Positions 34,963-44,985 of a stretch of DNA of 64,000 nucleotides are shown piece after piece. The notes beneath the pieces were generated by a model that worked only from the letters and a program-made list of their open reading frames with translations, made no database searches and was not told the origin of the DNA. Numbering within the stretch: the stretch's first letter is position 1; every line of letters starts with the position of its first letter. The position numbers and the translations under genes are program-made. Source of the stretch: Verrucomicrobiia bacterium (GTDB taxonomy: Bacteria > Verrucomicrobiota > Verrucomicrobiia > Limisphaerales > UBA11358); NCBI GenBank assembly GCA_036490295.1, contig DASXED010000032.1:2060-66059 (forward strand), written 5' to 3'.

Positions 34963-37900
34963 CTATTGCGTCTGCAAGATGATGAACTGCTGCGGCAATG
35001 TCGGGTCAACCGTGATGGTGAAGCCACTGAGATTGCCGCTGCCGTCAAACGCAGTCGTTGTGTTGGTCGTCCAACTGCTCAAAGGCAACGCGAGATTAGT
35101 GGAAGTCAGGACGGTTACCGGTCCGTTCGGGGTGCCATTGATGGCATTGATGGTGATGGAACCGCTTGCCAGCTGGCTGTAATCAATGTTGCTGAAAGCG
35201 GGCGTCGCCGAGCCTATGAACTTCACCGTGCCGTTGACTCCCAACTGGCTGGTGTCCCAAGCGGTGTAGCTCGGGAAAACAATGGAGGCAAAGGTCGAGG
35301 CGTTCAACGCCGCTCCACTGAACAAAGTGAACGTGTCGCCGGGTTGCAGCGCCGCGCCGACGTTGGTCACGACCAAAGTGCCGCCATAAGTGATGGTGGA
35401 CAGCGAGGACACCAACCGGTCGCTGTTCGGTGAATTGGCGCGGTTGAGTTTCATCCATGCCGTGCCGCCGAGCGTGATGCCGTTGGTGACGGTGAGCGTG
35501 CCGGTGTTGCCGCCATAGCCGCCGCCGGGCGAAACGGTGCCGGAGCCGCTGACGTTCAGGCTGCCATTGATGGTTCCGCGACCTTCAAGCAACTGACTGG
35601 CGCTCGATCCAAGCTGGAACGTGCCGTCGCTGCGGCCGGAAACATCCAAGAATGTTCCGGGAGTGACGTTGATGGTGGCGCTGCTGCCAATCGAACCATC
35701 GGTAGCCGTTGTATTATTGTAGGCCAACGCCAGCACGCCATTGCTGATGGTGGTTGAACCTGCGTAGGTGTTCTGTCCGGTAAGAATCCAAGCGCCGGTG
35801 CCAATCTTGATTATGGAGTCTCCGGTGGAACCGGTTGTGGTGCCGTTGACGATTGTTCCCGCGAACGTGCCGGTGGTATTTTTCCAGCCGACGCGCCACG
35901 TCTGATTTGGCGAAGGCTTGCCGCCATTGCCAATGAAGGCGCCGCTCGTTCCATCCAGTTCGCCAATGTCAATGGTCTGTCCCGATGCCCCGGGATTTCC
36001 ATCACCGCCGGTGTCAAGGTCTGCCCCGTCGTCAATGTTGATGACGGCATTGGAATAGCCGAAGGAATTATTGATGCGGAATTGTCCCGACGTGATGTTG
36101 ATCGTTCCGGTGAATGCAGACCAGTCGCCAGCCAACGTGCCGCGAGAACCCGTATCCACTGTGTTCAAAGTTCCGCTGCCGGTCAGCGTGCTGTAAAGAT
36201 CCCCGCGCTGGAACATGGTGAGCGTGCCGGTCTGGCCATTGGAAACAATCAATGGATTATAGAATGTGTAAACTATGGTGCCACTGTCGCTGGCGTTGTT
36301 ATACAATGCCAGCCCGCCGCCATCAAAAACGATGGGGTTGTTCGTCGGGCCAAAGGCGCTAAAGCCTCCCGAACCGTTGGCGAGGGCGGTTCCGGTCGCC
36401 AGCACTCCGTTGCTGATTATCGTTCCTCCGGAATAGGAATTGGTCATGCTGAACGTCAATGTGCCCGCGCCAATTTTGACCAGTGAAATTTTGCCGCCGC
36501 CGCCGTTGTTGTTGTCTTCGATGGCGCCGCTGAAGGTGGTTCCGTCGGCGTCACCGGCGCCCACCGTCAAAACATTGGTCAGGCTCCCGGAATTGTTCAC
36601 AATCTGACCCAGCACTGAATTTGAATTTCCAGTGATGCCGTCAAGCGTCACGTCGAAGCCGTTCATGTCCAATGTTCCCGCCGTGGAAGTTCCGCCATTC
36701 AAAACCACATTGCCAAAGCCGCTGCCGGAGGGCAGCGTCCCGACCGCGCCGATTTTTAGCGTTCCTGCGGAAATGGCGGTGTTGCCGTTGTAATTGTTGG
36801 CGGCGGCCAGGGTCAGGGTGTTGCCCGCGAGTTTGCTGATGCCGCCGCTTCCGGTGATTATGACGGCATTTGTTTCATTGAAGGAGTGGTCGAACGCCAA
36901 AGTCCCGTTATCCGTGACGTTGGTGAGCGGAACCGAGCCGATTGCGCCGCCATTGCCGAGTTGCAATGTGCCGCCTGAATTGATGGTTGTGACGCCGTTA
37001 AAACTATTGCTCGCAGTCACGGTCACGGTTCCGGCCAGCACGGTCAAGGTGCCGCTTCCGGTGATCAAGCCGGATTGAACCAGACTGTCGGAACGGTTGA
37101 AAGCAAGCGCCGCATTGTCTGTGACGGCGTTGGTTCCGAGAGTTCCCGATGTGTTGCCGTCGCCAACTTGCAATGTTCCGGCGCTGATTGTGGTCGGTCC
37201 GCTGTAAGTGTTGTTGCCGCTGAAAGTCATTGTCCCGGCTCCTAGTTGTGTCAGATTGCCCGTACCGCTGATGACGTTGGTAAAGTCGTAGCCGTCCGGC
37301 TCGTTGAAAACGAGGCTGGCGTTGTCAACCACGCTGCCGTTGCCCAACATTGCGCCCGAAGTGCTGCCGTTGCCGACCTGAATGGCTCCTCCATTGATGG
37401 TTGTTCCGCCCGTGTAATCATTGGCCGTCAACAGCGTCAGCGTGCCCGTGTTGGTCTTGGTCAGGCTGGCGATGCCGGTTATTTTGCCGGTGCCGCCAAG
37501 GGATCCCAAAGTGTAATTGCCCGACGCATTCACCGTCACCGTGGCCGGGGAAACCGGGCCTGTGATGTCAATCGCAGGCGTGCTCGATCCAGTGTCATCA
37601 AAGACGGCAAAGTCGCCATCTGCAAAAAGTGACGCAATCCCGTTGCTGCGCCAGTTGGCCGTGGTGTAATCCCATTGGTTGAGCGAACCATCCCCGCGCC
37701 ATACGAATGGCGCGGCAACAGAAGTGACAACGAGATCAACCTCGGTTCCGGTGACATTCAACACGGCGTTCAACCCAGATCCCGGCGAGCCGGCCAATTG
37801 CAGATTGGCCGGCGTGCCGCCCACTGAACCGCAGGAAAATAATTTATAGGTGCCCGCGCTCAAAGAGCCAATCAGCGGATTTATCTCTATGGTGTTGACG

Positions 37901-39990
37901 CCGCTTAAATTAAGCGCGCCGCCAACCACAACTTGGTCATTGCCCGAAGCCGGAGCAAGTGAAAGATCGAAATGAACCGTGACTCCGCCGTTCAAATTCA
38001 AATTATTGGCGCAGGTTAATGTTCCTGCGATGCCGTTTGTTCCGGGTGTGATCAGGCAATTAGCCGCCGTCACGTTCCCGGTCACCGAGCCGCTGGCGGC
38101 AAGGACGCGACCCGATGACAAGGTGAGTCCTCCGATTGCCGAGACGTCCAGAACCGACGCGCCCGCGCCGTTCAAAATAATCGTGCTGGAAGAAATGGAA
38201 GCGCCGCTGCTCAACGTCAGGTTGCCATTGCTGATGGTGGTGGAACCTGAATAAGTATTGACGCCGCCGAGCGTCAATTCTCCGCTTTGAACCGTCAACG
38301 CGACGATTCCACTGCCACCGGCCAAAGTGTCAGTGTCTTGAATCACACCGTTGTAAGTCGAAACGCCATTGGTCGCGTTGACAATTAAAAGCGTGGGAAT
38401 GGAAGCTCCGCTGCTCCCAATCGTCCCGCCAGTGGCTCCGCTGCCGGTGTTCAAGGCGCTGACTTGGACATTATTCCCGGCCAAATCCAAAGTGCCTGCG
38501 GTTCCGTTCCCGCCCAGCGTCAACGCGGCCGCAGCCGGAATCGCCCCCGCCGCGCCAGCTAAAATTGTCCCGCCGTTGGTGACAATCGTCGTGCCGCCAT
38601 AAGTATTGGCCGAAGACAGCGTCAAAATATTCGCGCCCGCTTGCACAAGATTTCCGCTGCCACTGATAATGTTGGCAACGCTGATTGCGTCCGGTCGCGC
38701 AAACACCAGCGTGGCATTGTCCGTGACATTTGCGGTGCCAAGTTGTCCTGTTCCGCTGGTAACACCGTCACCGATTTGCAATGTTCCGCCGCTGACCGTC
38801 GTTGCTCCGGTGTAAGTGTTATTGCCAGAGAGCGTCAAAGTGCCGGTGCCCACTTTGGTCAAGGCTGACAACGCAGAGGAGCCTTGATTTTGAATTATTC
38901 CGGCAAACGTCGTGCTTGTGTTCTTGCCGCCGATGCTCCAAGTCTCCGTGCCATTGCCACTGGTTTGGCCGGTTAATTTTGTCAAGGGGCCACCGATCAA
39001 TTCGCCGATATTCATCGTCCCGGCGTCACGATTCTCAAATGTCATTGCACTAACGGTTCCCCCGAGATTGAAACTCGCGCTGGCATTGCCTGTATTGGCA
39101 TCACTGCCGCCGTTATTAAACCGCAAAAACCCCGCGCTCGCCGTTCCCGCGCTATTGGTATCAAGCACGATTACTGAACCGGTGAAATTTGCCATGTTTC
39201 CGCCACTGGCTCCGCCGAAAGTCAATGTCGAGCCGCTGGCGGTATCATTGGTGACGATAATCGTGCCGTTGCCCGACCACGGTCCATCAAAAACATAGGA
39301 ATTACCTTCGTTGGCCATGTCTATGAGCGATGTTCCGGTGACATAAAACGGATTTGTCATGATGCCGGAGTGCGTGAAACTGGATAACAGCATGGAGCCG
39401 CCATTATTGGTCACGGTTCCGGTGCCGAAGCTGGTGATGACATAGGGCACCACAACACCGTTGTTGATGACCGTGCCGCCGGTATAAGTGTTGGCTGCAC
39501 TTAAAACGATATTTCCGTTGGTATTCCCGCCGCCGTTTATGGTCAGCAGCCCTGAACCAGAAACTACGCCGGCAGCATTAAGCGTCATTCCATTCGCCAC
39601 ATTCCAAGCTTGACTCGCGCTCAAAGCTATCAAGTTGCTTAAAAGCAGGCCATTCGTTGCCATGCTCATGTCAATGCCTGATGCGTCCAGTGTCAAAGCA
39701 TTTCCACTCGCGTTGGTCAGAATGGTAATCGGCCCGGCAGAATCCAAAATCTGAATTCCCGCCCAACTCAAGTTCGCCCCAAGTGTCTTGTTTGTGTTGA
39801 CCTGAACGGTGTGATCCCAAACCGCCACGTCGCCGGAACCTGCGGCAGTCCCGCCAACCCATGAGGTGCCAAGATTGAGATTATCGGGAACATCCGCATT
39901 GGTGATGCTCGCGGCTTGCGCCGTTGCAAAACTTAAACCCAGCAGCCCCGCACAAAGGCACATTGTTCCAAAAATTTTTGTCGTTTGCAT
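34963..39990 (-). CDS. giant secreted autotransporter-associated beta-strand-repeat protein
   Basis: 1675 aa with an N-terminal signal peptide (LLGLSFATAQA). There are dozens of repeats of the type G.GTLTLSG.NTY.G.T.I..G.L. No C-terminal beta-barrel translocator is recognisable. Confidence 0.85.
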   Translation of the reverse strand: MQTTKIFGTMCLCAGLLGLSFATAQAASITNADVPDNLNLGTSWVGGTAAGSGDVAVWDHTVQVNTNKTLGANLSWAGIQILDSAGPITILTNASGNALTLDASGIDMSMATNGLLLSNLIALSASQAWNVANGMTLNAAGVVSGSGLLTINGGGNTNGNIVLSAANTYTGGTVINNGVVVPYVITSFGTGTVTNNGGSMLLSSFTHSGIMTNPFYVTGTSLIDMANEGNSYVFDGPWSGNGTIIVTNDTASGSTLTFGGASGGNMANFTGSVIVLDTNSAGTASAGFLRFNNGGSDANTGNASASFNLGGTVSAMTFENRDAGTMNIGELIGGPLTKLTGQTSGNGTETWSIGGKNTSTTFAGIIQNQGSSALSALTKVGTGTLTLSGNNTYTGATTVSGGTLQIGDGVTSGTGQLGTANVTDNATLVFARPDAISVANIISGSGNLVQAGANILTLSSANTYGGTTIVTNGGTILAGAAGAIPAAAALTLGGNGTAGTLDLAGNNVQVSALNTGSGATGGTIGSSGASIPTLLIVNATNGVSTYNGVIQDTDTLAGGSGIVALTVQSGELTLGGVNTYSGSTTISNGNLTLSSGASISSSTIILNGAGASVLDVSAIGGLTLSSGRVLAASGSVTGNVTAANCLITPGTNGIAGTLTCANNLNLNGGVTVHFDLSLAPASGNDQVVVGGALNLSGVNTIEINPLIGSLSAGTYKLFSCGSVGGTPANLQLAGSPGSGLNAVLNVTGTEVDLVVTSVAAPFVWRGDGSLNQWDYTTANWRSNGIASLFADGDFAVFDDTGSSTPAIDITGPVSPATVTVNASGNYTLGSLGGTGKITGIASLTKTNTGTLTLLTANDYTGGTTINGGAIQVGNGSTSGAMLGNGSVVDNASLVFNEPDGYDFTNVISGTGNLTQLGAGTMTFSGNNTYSGPTTISAGTLQVGDGNTSGTLGTNAVTDNAALAFNRSDSLVQSGLITGSGTLTVLAGTVTVTASNSFNGVTTINSGGTLQLGNGGAIGSVPLTNVTDNGTLAFDHSFNETNAVIITGSGGISKLAGNTLTLAAANNYNGNTAISAGTLKIGAVGTLPSGSGFGNVVLNGGTSTAGTLDMNGFDVTLDGITGNSNSVLGQIVNNSGSLTNVLTVGAGDADGTTFSGAIEDNNNGGGGKISLVKIGAGTLTFSMTNSYSGGTIISNGVLATGTALANGSGGFSAFGPTNNPIVFDGGGLALYNNASDSGTIVYTFYNPLIVSNGQTGTLTMFQRGDLYSTLTGSGTLNTVDTGSRGTLAGDWSAFTGTINITSGQFRINNSFGYSNAVINIDDGADLDTGGDGNPGASGQTIDIGELDGTSGAFIGNGGKPSPNQTWRVGWKNTTGTFAGTIVNGTTTGSTGDSIIKIGTGAWILTGQNTYAGSTTISNGVLALAYNNTTATDGSIGSSATINVTPGTFLDVSGRSDGTFQLGSSASQLLEGRGTINGSLNVSGSGTVSPGGGYGGNTGTLTVTNGITLGGTAWMKLNRANSPNSDRLVSSLSTITYGGTLVVTNVGAALQPGDTFTLFSGAALNASTFASIVFPSYTAWDTSQLGVNGTVKFIGSATPAFSNIDYSQLASGSITINAINGTPNGPVTVLTSTNLALPLSSWTTNTTTAFDGSGNLSGFTITVDPTLPQQFIILQTQ

Positions 39991-40188
39991 AAATTTATAG
40001 CTCCTGTTTTATTTTTTTTGCTGTGATTGTGGATGACTGGATTTGTTGCAGATTCTCAAGCGCAATTATTCCGCAGAAAATTGTCTGGCATTTCATGGCT
40101 AAATTCGGGGTTACATTACCGGAGCTTTTTGTAAGTTGCAAATGTTTTTTGCCGGACTGCGCCTTTTGCCTTCAGACATTGGCCGCCG

Positions 40189-40431
40189 TCACTCGCTGTT
40201 TTCAAGGGCGTTGAAAAGATTGTCATAATCCACGCAGGATTGCACCGTCTGCTGGGTGGAAAATGCGCCGGAAAGAACGATTGCCAGCGCGGGCTGGCCG
40301 GAAATAAACCTGGCCGAGCCGTCGGCAAAAAGGACGCAGAAGCCCCTGGCCGGATAATGCGCGAAGGCATTTGCATTGAACGGCAGCGCGCCGGACACGT
40401 CCGGTGTCTGCACAAAATCCATCATGAACAA
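40189..40431 (-). pseudogene. remnant of an H-X9-DG (DUF1559) type II pseudopilin-like gene
   Basis: Only an 80-aa C-terminal piece remains (HYPARGFCVLFADGSARFIS). There is no prepilin N-terminal methylation domain in any upstream frame. Confidence 0.5.
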
Positions 40432-40493
40432 TTTTTGTGGATTCCACTTTTTTATTGCAAGATCACCCGTGTCTATCTGGCAAAATCAGACTA

Positions 40494-40615
40494 TGAGACC
40501 TCTGCAAAATGAGCGTAGCGGCTTTCGGCAGAAAGCCGCATTCTTCAATTTTCAAAGGTTTGCGGCGCTCTGCCGAGACGCCGCTACGGGGATGGCTGGT
40601 TTTGCAGAGGTCTCA
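40494..40615. repeat. 122-nt long-stem inverted-repeat element (MITE or structured RNA)
   Basis: A perfect 16-nt inverted repeat, tgagacctctgcaaaa (40494-40509) with ttttgcagaggtctca (40600-40615). It encloses inner stems cgtagcggc/gccgctacg and gcggctttc/gaaagccgc. Confidence 0.6.
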
Positions 40616-40701
40616 CTATGTTGGTAGCCGGATTTTTGCGGCGGCGCCGATGATCTGCCATTCGATTTCCGGTGTCTGGTTTCTGAAGTTTTTGTTTTTG
40701 A

Positions 40702-40765
40702 AATCGTAATCATGATTGTAATCTTGTTTGTGATCCAAACGGCGAGATCAAGGTTACGATTACGA
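40702..40765. repeat. GATTAC/GTAATC hexamer-rich motif upstream of leuA
   Basis: aatcgtaatcatgattgtaatc ... ggttacgattacga, ending 15 nt before the leuA ATG. A related motif lies at 58070-58121. Confidence 0.45.
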
Positions 40766-40779
40766 AAAAAATTGCGATT

Positions 40780-42438
40780 ATGGAAAAATTTCCGTCAAAA
40801 AAATATCGTCCGTTTCAATACGCGCCGAAGTTGACCGACCGCCAGTGGCCAGGCCGCGTCCTCACGCACGCGCCGCGCTGGTGCAGCGTGGATTTGCGCG
40901 ACGGCAACCAGGCGCTCGCCGTGCCGATGAACGTTTCGCAGAAATTGGAATTGTTCCAGACGCTCGTGAAGACCGGTTTCAAGGAAATCGAAGTCGGCTT
41001 TCCGTCCGCGTCGAACACGGAATTCGCCTTCAACCGTTTGCTCATCGAAAAAGGCCACGCGCCGGACGACGTGTGGTTGCAGGTGCTCGTGCAGGCGCGC
41101 GAGGATTTGATCGAGCGCACGGTCGAGTCGCTCGTCGGCGCGAAGAAGGCGATCATCCATTTGTATAATTCCACTTCGCCCGCGCAACGCCGCGTCGTTT
41201 TCGGAAAATCAAAAAAGGAAATTGTCGAGGTCGCCGTGCGCGGTGCGCAATGGATCAAAGACCGTTTGCCGAAACTCAAAGGCACGGAAGTCATGCTCCA
41301 GTATTCGCCGGAAAGTTTCAGCATGACGGAAGTGGAATTCGCGAAGGAAATTTCCGAAGCCGTCATGGACGTGTGGCAGCCGACGCCGCAGCGCAAAATG
41401 ATTTTGAATCTGCCGGACACGGTCGAGGTCGCGATGCCCAATGTTTACGCGGATCAAATCGAGTGGATGTGTCGCAACATCAAAAACCGCGATTCGCTCA
41501 TCATCAGTTTGCACACGCACAACGATCGTTGCACCGGCGTCGCCGCGACGGAACTTGGTTTGCTCGCGGGTGCGGAGCGCGTCGAGGGAACTTTGTTCGG
41601 CAACGGCGAGCGCACGGGCAATTTGGACATCGTGACCGTCGCGTTGAATCTTTATCAGCACGGCATTGATCCAAAGTTGGATTTTTCAAATCTCAATGCG
41701 CTCATCGAAGTCTATGAGCGCTGCACCGGCATGACCGTTCCGCCGCGCCAACCTTATGCGGGCGAATTGGTTTTCACCGCATTCAGCGGCTCGCATCAGG
41801 ATGCGATCAAGAAAGGTTTGGCCGAATGGGAAAATAAGAATCGCAAGCATTGGGACGTTCCGTATTTGACGATTGATCCGACGGACATCGGCCGCGAATA
41901 CCGCGAAGTCATCCGCGTCAATTCGCAAAGCGGCAAAGGCGGCGTGGCGTATCTGCTCGAAAGTGAATTTGGTATCGAATTGCCGAAAGATATGCAGCGA
42001 GAGTTCGGCCCAATTGCGAACGACGCCGTGGACAAACTTGGTCGCGAAGTCAGCGGCACAGAACTGAAAGCAATGTTCTGGAAAGAATATGTCGAACGCA
42101 ATTCGCCGTGGCAGTTACAAATTTTTGAAACTGAAAGTAAAAATGGCATCGTCAAATGCCGCGCAAAATTATTGCGCGAAGGCAAGCCAGTTGAATTTTC
42201 CGGTGAAGGCAACGGCCCGCTGGCCGCACTGGTTCACGGATTTTCGCAAATTGGAATTCCGCGTTTTGAAATCACCAATTACAGCGAACACGCCTTGAGT
42301 TCCGGCGAAACGGCGGCGGCGATTTCTTACATCCAAATAAAAACCGCCGACGGCAAATCACGCTGGGGCGCGGGCGTGGACACGAACATCGAACTCGCGT
42401 CGGTCAAGGCCGTGTTGAGCGCGTTGAACCGGTTGTGA
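40780..42438 (+). CDS. leuA: 2-isopropylmalate synthase (long, LeuA type 2)
   Basis: 552 aa with the N-terminus YRPFQYAPKLTDRQWPGRVLTHAPRWCSVDLRDGNQAL, an HTHNDRCTG motif and a C-terminal regulatory domain. Confidence 0.93.
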   Translation: MEKFPSKKYRPFQYAPKLTDRQWPGRVLTHAPRWCSVDLRDGNQALAVPMNVSQKLELFQTLVKTGFKEIEVGFPSASNTEFAFNRLLIEKGHAPDDVWLQVLVQAREDLIERTVESLVGAKKAIIHLYNSTSPAQRRVVFGKSKKEIVEVAVRGAQWIKDRLPKLKGTEVMLQYSPESFSMTEVEFAKEISEAVMDVWQPTPQRKMILNLPDTVEVAMPNVYADQIEWMCRNIKNRDSLIISLHTHNDRCTGVAATELGLLAGAERVEGTLFGNGERTGNLDIVTVALNLYQHGIDPKLDFSNLNALIEVYERCTGMTVPPRQPYAGELVFTAFSGSHQDAIKKGLAEWENKNRKHWDVPYLTIDPTDIGREYREVIRVNSQSGKGGVAYLLESEFGIELPKDMQREFGPIANDAVDKLGREVSGTELKAMFWKEYVERNSPWQLQIFETESKNGIVKCRAKLLREGKPVEFSGEGNGPLAALVHGFSQIGIPRFEITNYSEHALSSGETAAAISYIQIKTADGKSRWGAGVDTNIELASVKAVLSALNRL

Positions 42439-42451
42439 CATTATTCAAATT

Positions 42452-42487
42452 CCGTCTCGCCAAAACCGCGAGGACGGTTTAATTTCC
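42452..42487 (+). terminator. candidate intrinsic terminator after leuA
   Basis: Bulged hairpin ccgtctcgc-caaaacc-gcgaggacgg, followed by tttaattt. Confidence 0.4.
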
Positions 42488-42496
42488 ACGCACCAT

Positions 42497-43342
42497 ATGA
42501 ATTTGAGTCGCGTCGCGTTTTTCGGAACGGCAATTGTCTTGTTTGCCGGTGCCGTTTTGTTCGCAGCAGGCATCCAACCGTCCAACGCCGTCGTGACCAC
42601 ACCGGCGGTTTATGTGCCGGACACGTCGCACGCATCGGGCGCGCTGGCCGACAATGTGCTTGCCTGGGACAGCGCGATGAAGGAGACGAACGTCACCGCA
42701 GAAGTTGAGAACGCGCATTTTGTTTTTTATTTCACCAATCTTTCGCCGGGGAGCGTCACTATTTTGAACGTCCATCCGTCGTGCGGCTGCACCACCGCGC
42801 AATTGCCGCCGCTGCCGTGGACGATTCCATCCGGCTCAAACGATCAAATCGGCGTGACGGTGAATCTGGCCGGAAAAAACGGGACGATTTTCAAATATAT
42901 TGATGTTTCCACCGACAAAGGAAGCAAAAGACTCAATTTGCAGGTCACCATTCTGCCGCCGGTGATCCGGACGATGTCCGATGCCGACCGCGCGCACGGA
43001 GTGGCTGCGGCAAAAATTGACCGTCAGGCGGTTTTCAAAAACGACTGCGCAACCTGCCACGTCAAACCCGGCGAAGGCAAATACGGCAAGGCACTTTACG
43101 ACGCCGTCTGCGCCATTTGCCACGAAGCCGAGCACCGCGCGACGATGGTTCCCGATTTGCACGCCATCAAGACGGCGACCAACGAACAATTCTGGCAGAC
43201 ATGGATCGCCCACGGCAAACCCGGCTCATTTATGCCCGCGTTTTCGACCGCCGACGGCGGGCCACTTTCGGATATGCAAATTGCGAATCTCGCCGCTTAT
43301 CTTGATTCTGCGATTCCGTCACAGGCTGCGCCGCCGCAATAA
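42497..43342 (+). CDS. DUF1573-domain protein fused to a dihaem cytochrome c-like C-terminus
   Basis: 281 aa with a signal/TM segment. It has the DUF1573 motif (NVHPSCGCTTAQ) and two CxxCH sites (CATCH, CAICH). Confidence 0.72.
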   Translation: MNLSRVAFFGTAIVLFAGAVLFAAGIQPSNAVVTTPAVYVPDTSHASGALADNVLAWDSAMKETNVTAEVENAHFVFYFTNLSPGSVTILNVHPSCGCTTAQLPPLPWTIPSGSNDQIGVTVNLAGKNGTIFKYIDVSTDKGSKRLNLQVTILPPVIRTMSDADRAHGVAAAKIDRQAVFKNDCATCHVKPGEGKYGKALYDAVCAICHEAEHRATMVPDLHAIKTATNEQFWQTWIAHGKPGSFMPAFSTADGGPLSDMQIANLAAYLDSAIPSQAAPPQ

Positions 43343-43359
43343 GGCGGCGTCCTAATTTC

Positions 43360-43431
43360 GGAGCGCGGCATTCATGCCGCTTCACCGTTCAAAGCAATTG
43401 CGGTGTTGAAGCGGGCTAAAGCCCGCGCCCC
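43360..43431. repeat. paired-hairpin palindromic element (GGAGCGC/GGGGCGC subtype), intergenic
   Basis: GGAGCGCGGCATTCATGCCGCTTC is followed by GAAGCGGGCTAAAGCCCGCGCCCC. Each arm can form a hairpin. Confidence 0.65.
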
Positions 43432-43503
43432 ATCGGCAAATTAGAATACTCCTCGCAATAACGACCGCTTGCGAAATTTTTCCGGTTCACTATCCTGTCA
43501 ACC

Positions 43504-44616
43504 ATGACAGCGAAACCGGTTGACGCGAGCAATCACCAGAAACTTTCCATCCTCGGCGAAAAAGTTCTGGGCGGCGGACAAATCTCGCGCGACGAAGCAT
43601 CATGGCTTTTTAATCTCGAAACGTCCGCCGACATTTTGGATTTGCTCTCGTGGGCGAATCGCATCCGCGAACAATTCAAGGGCAACAAGATTCATCTCTG
43701 CTCCATCGTCAACGCCAAGGCTGGCGCGTGTTCCGAGAATTGCAGTTTTTGCGCGCAATCGTCGTTCTATCAGACCGGCTCGCCGAAATATGGTTTCGTT
43801 GATCCCGAACCCATTCTCGAAGCCGCAGACGAAGCGAATAAAAATTCCGTCACCGCCGTCGGCCTCGTCGCCGCGTGGAAAGGCCTGAACGAAGGCCCGA
43901 TGCTCGACGAAGTTTGCGACCGCATCCGCGAATTGAAAGCCGGCGGCAAGACGCGCCCTGACGCCTCGCTCGGCATCATCAAAAAACAGGAAGTCGCCAA
44001 TCGTTTGAAGGAAGCCGGACTCGAATGTTACGGCCACAACCTCGAAAGCTCGCGCCGCTTTTTTCCGCAGACCTGCACCACGCACACGTTCGACGACCGG
44101 TTGGAAACCATCGGTTACCTGAAAAAGGCCGGCATCAAGATTTGTTCCGGCGGCATCATCGGCATGGGCGAGACGCGCGCCGACCGCTGCGACCTCGCGT
44201 TTGAATTGAAAGCCATCGGCGCGAATGTCGTGCCCGTCAACATCCTCAACCCGATTCCCGGCACGCCGTTTGAAAAAAATCCGCCGCTGCCCGTGATGGA
44301 AATTTTGAAGACCATCGCGTGCTTCCGTTTCATTTTGCCGCGCCAGGAAATCATGATCGCCGGCGGACGCACCGTGAACCTGCGCGACGCGCAAAGCATG
44401 ATTTTCATGGCCGGCGCGAGCGCGCTGATGGTCGGCAACTATCTCACCACGCTGAACCAGCCCGTCGAAAAAGATTTGCAGATGCTCAAAGACCTCGGCC
44501 TTGATCCGAACTGGGACAGCCACGATTTCAGCGATCAGGAAGAAGGCGGCTGCGGCTGTGGAAAATCTTCACAAATTGAAACCAATGTGAATGTTGCGGA
44601 ATTGGTTGAAAGTTAA
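43504..44616 (+). CDS. bioB: biotin synthase
   Basis: 370 aa with the radical-SAM motif CSENCSFCAQS, plus YGHNLESS and GGIIGMGE. Confidence 0.93.
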   Translation: MTAKPVDASNHQKLSILGEKVLGGGQISRDEASWLFNLETSADILDLLSWANRIREQFKGNKIHLCSIVNAKAGACSENCSFCAQSSFYQTGSPKYGFVDPEPILEAADEANKNSVTAVGLVAAWKGLNEGPMLDEVCDRIRELKAGGKTRPDASLGIIKKQEVANRLKEAGLECYGHNLESSRRFFPQTCTTHTFDDRLETIGYLKKAGIKICSGGIIGMGETRADRCDLAFELKAIGANVVPVNILNPIPGTPFEKNPPLPVMEILKTIACFRFILPRQEIMIAGGRTVNLRDAQSMIFMAGASALMVGNYLTTLNQPVEKDLQMLKDLGLDPNWDSHDFSDQEEGGCGCGKSSQIETNVNVAELVES

Positions 44617-44620
44617 ATAT

Positions 44621-44985
44621 GTCAGCACTGCCAGGCGCGGCATATTTGTGGGATTGAAATTAAAAACGGATCAAGCTGCGGAGCAGCGGAAGAAAGTAGC
44701 CTACGGTGTCAACCGTGGGATTTGAGCATCAAAAAATCAAGCTCCGGCAGGAGCGGCAGAAAAATTGCCGTGAAATTATATTTATTCTTTCGCCCCGTCC
44801 GGGGCTTGCGCCGTTCCGGCGATTGACCCACGGTTTCACCGTGGGCTACTTTCGGACGCGCCTTCCGGCGCTGAAAACAGCACCGTCAGGTGCGGCATAT
44901 TTGTAGAATGGAATCCCAATGACGAATAAAGCTCCGTAGGAGCGGAATCGGCGGCGGAAGATGCCGCTCCTACGGAGCTTTGGTT
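44621..44985. repeat. cluster of REP-like hairpin units (several subtypes)
   Basis: Direct repeats gca(c)ygyCAGGYGCGGCATATTTGT at 44625 and 44879. Hairpins gctgc-gga-gcagc, gctcc-ggca-ggagc and gctcc-gta-ggagc. An inverted pair GTAGCCTACGGTGTCAACCGTGGG / CCCACGGTTTCACCGTGGGCTAC. A perfect inverted pair aagctccgtaggagcgg / ccgctcctacggagctt. Confidence 0.75.

Noticed and set aside
40509-40709. A 66-aa ORF upstream of leuA might be a leucine-attenuation leader peptide.
   Set aside because: It has no run of Leu codons, it is far too long for a leader peptide, and it overlaps the palindromic element.
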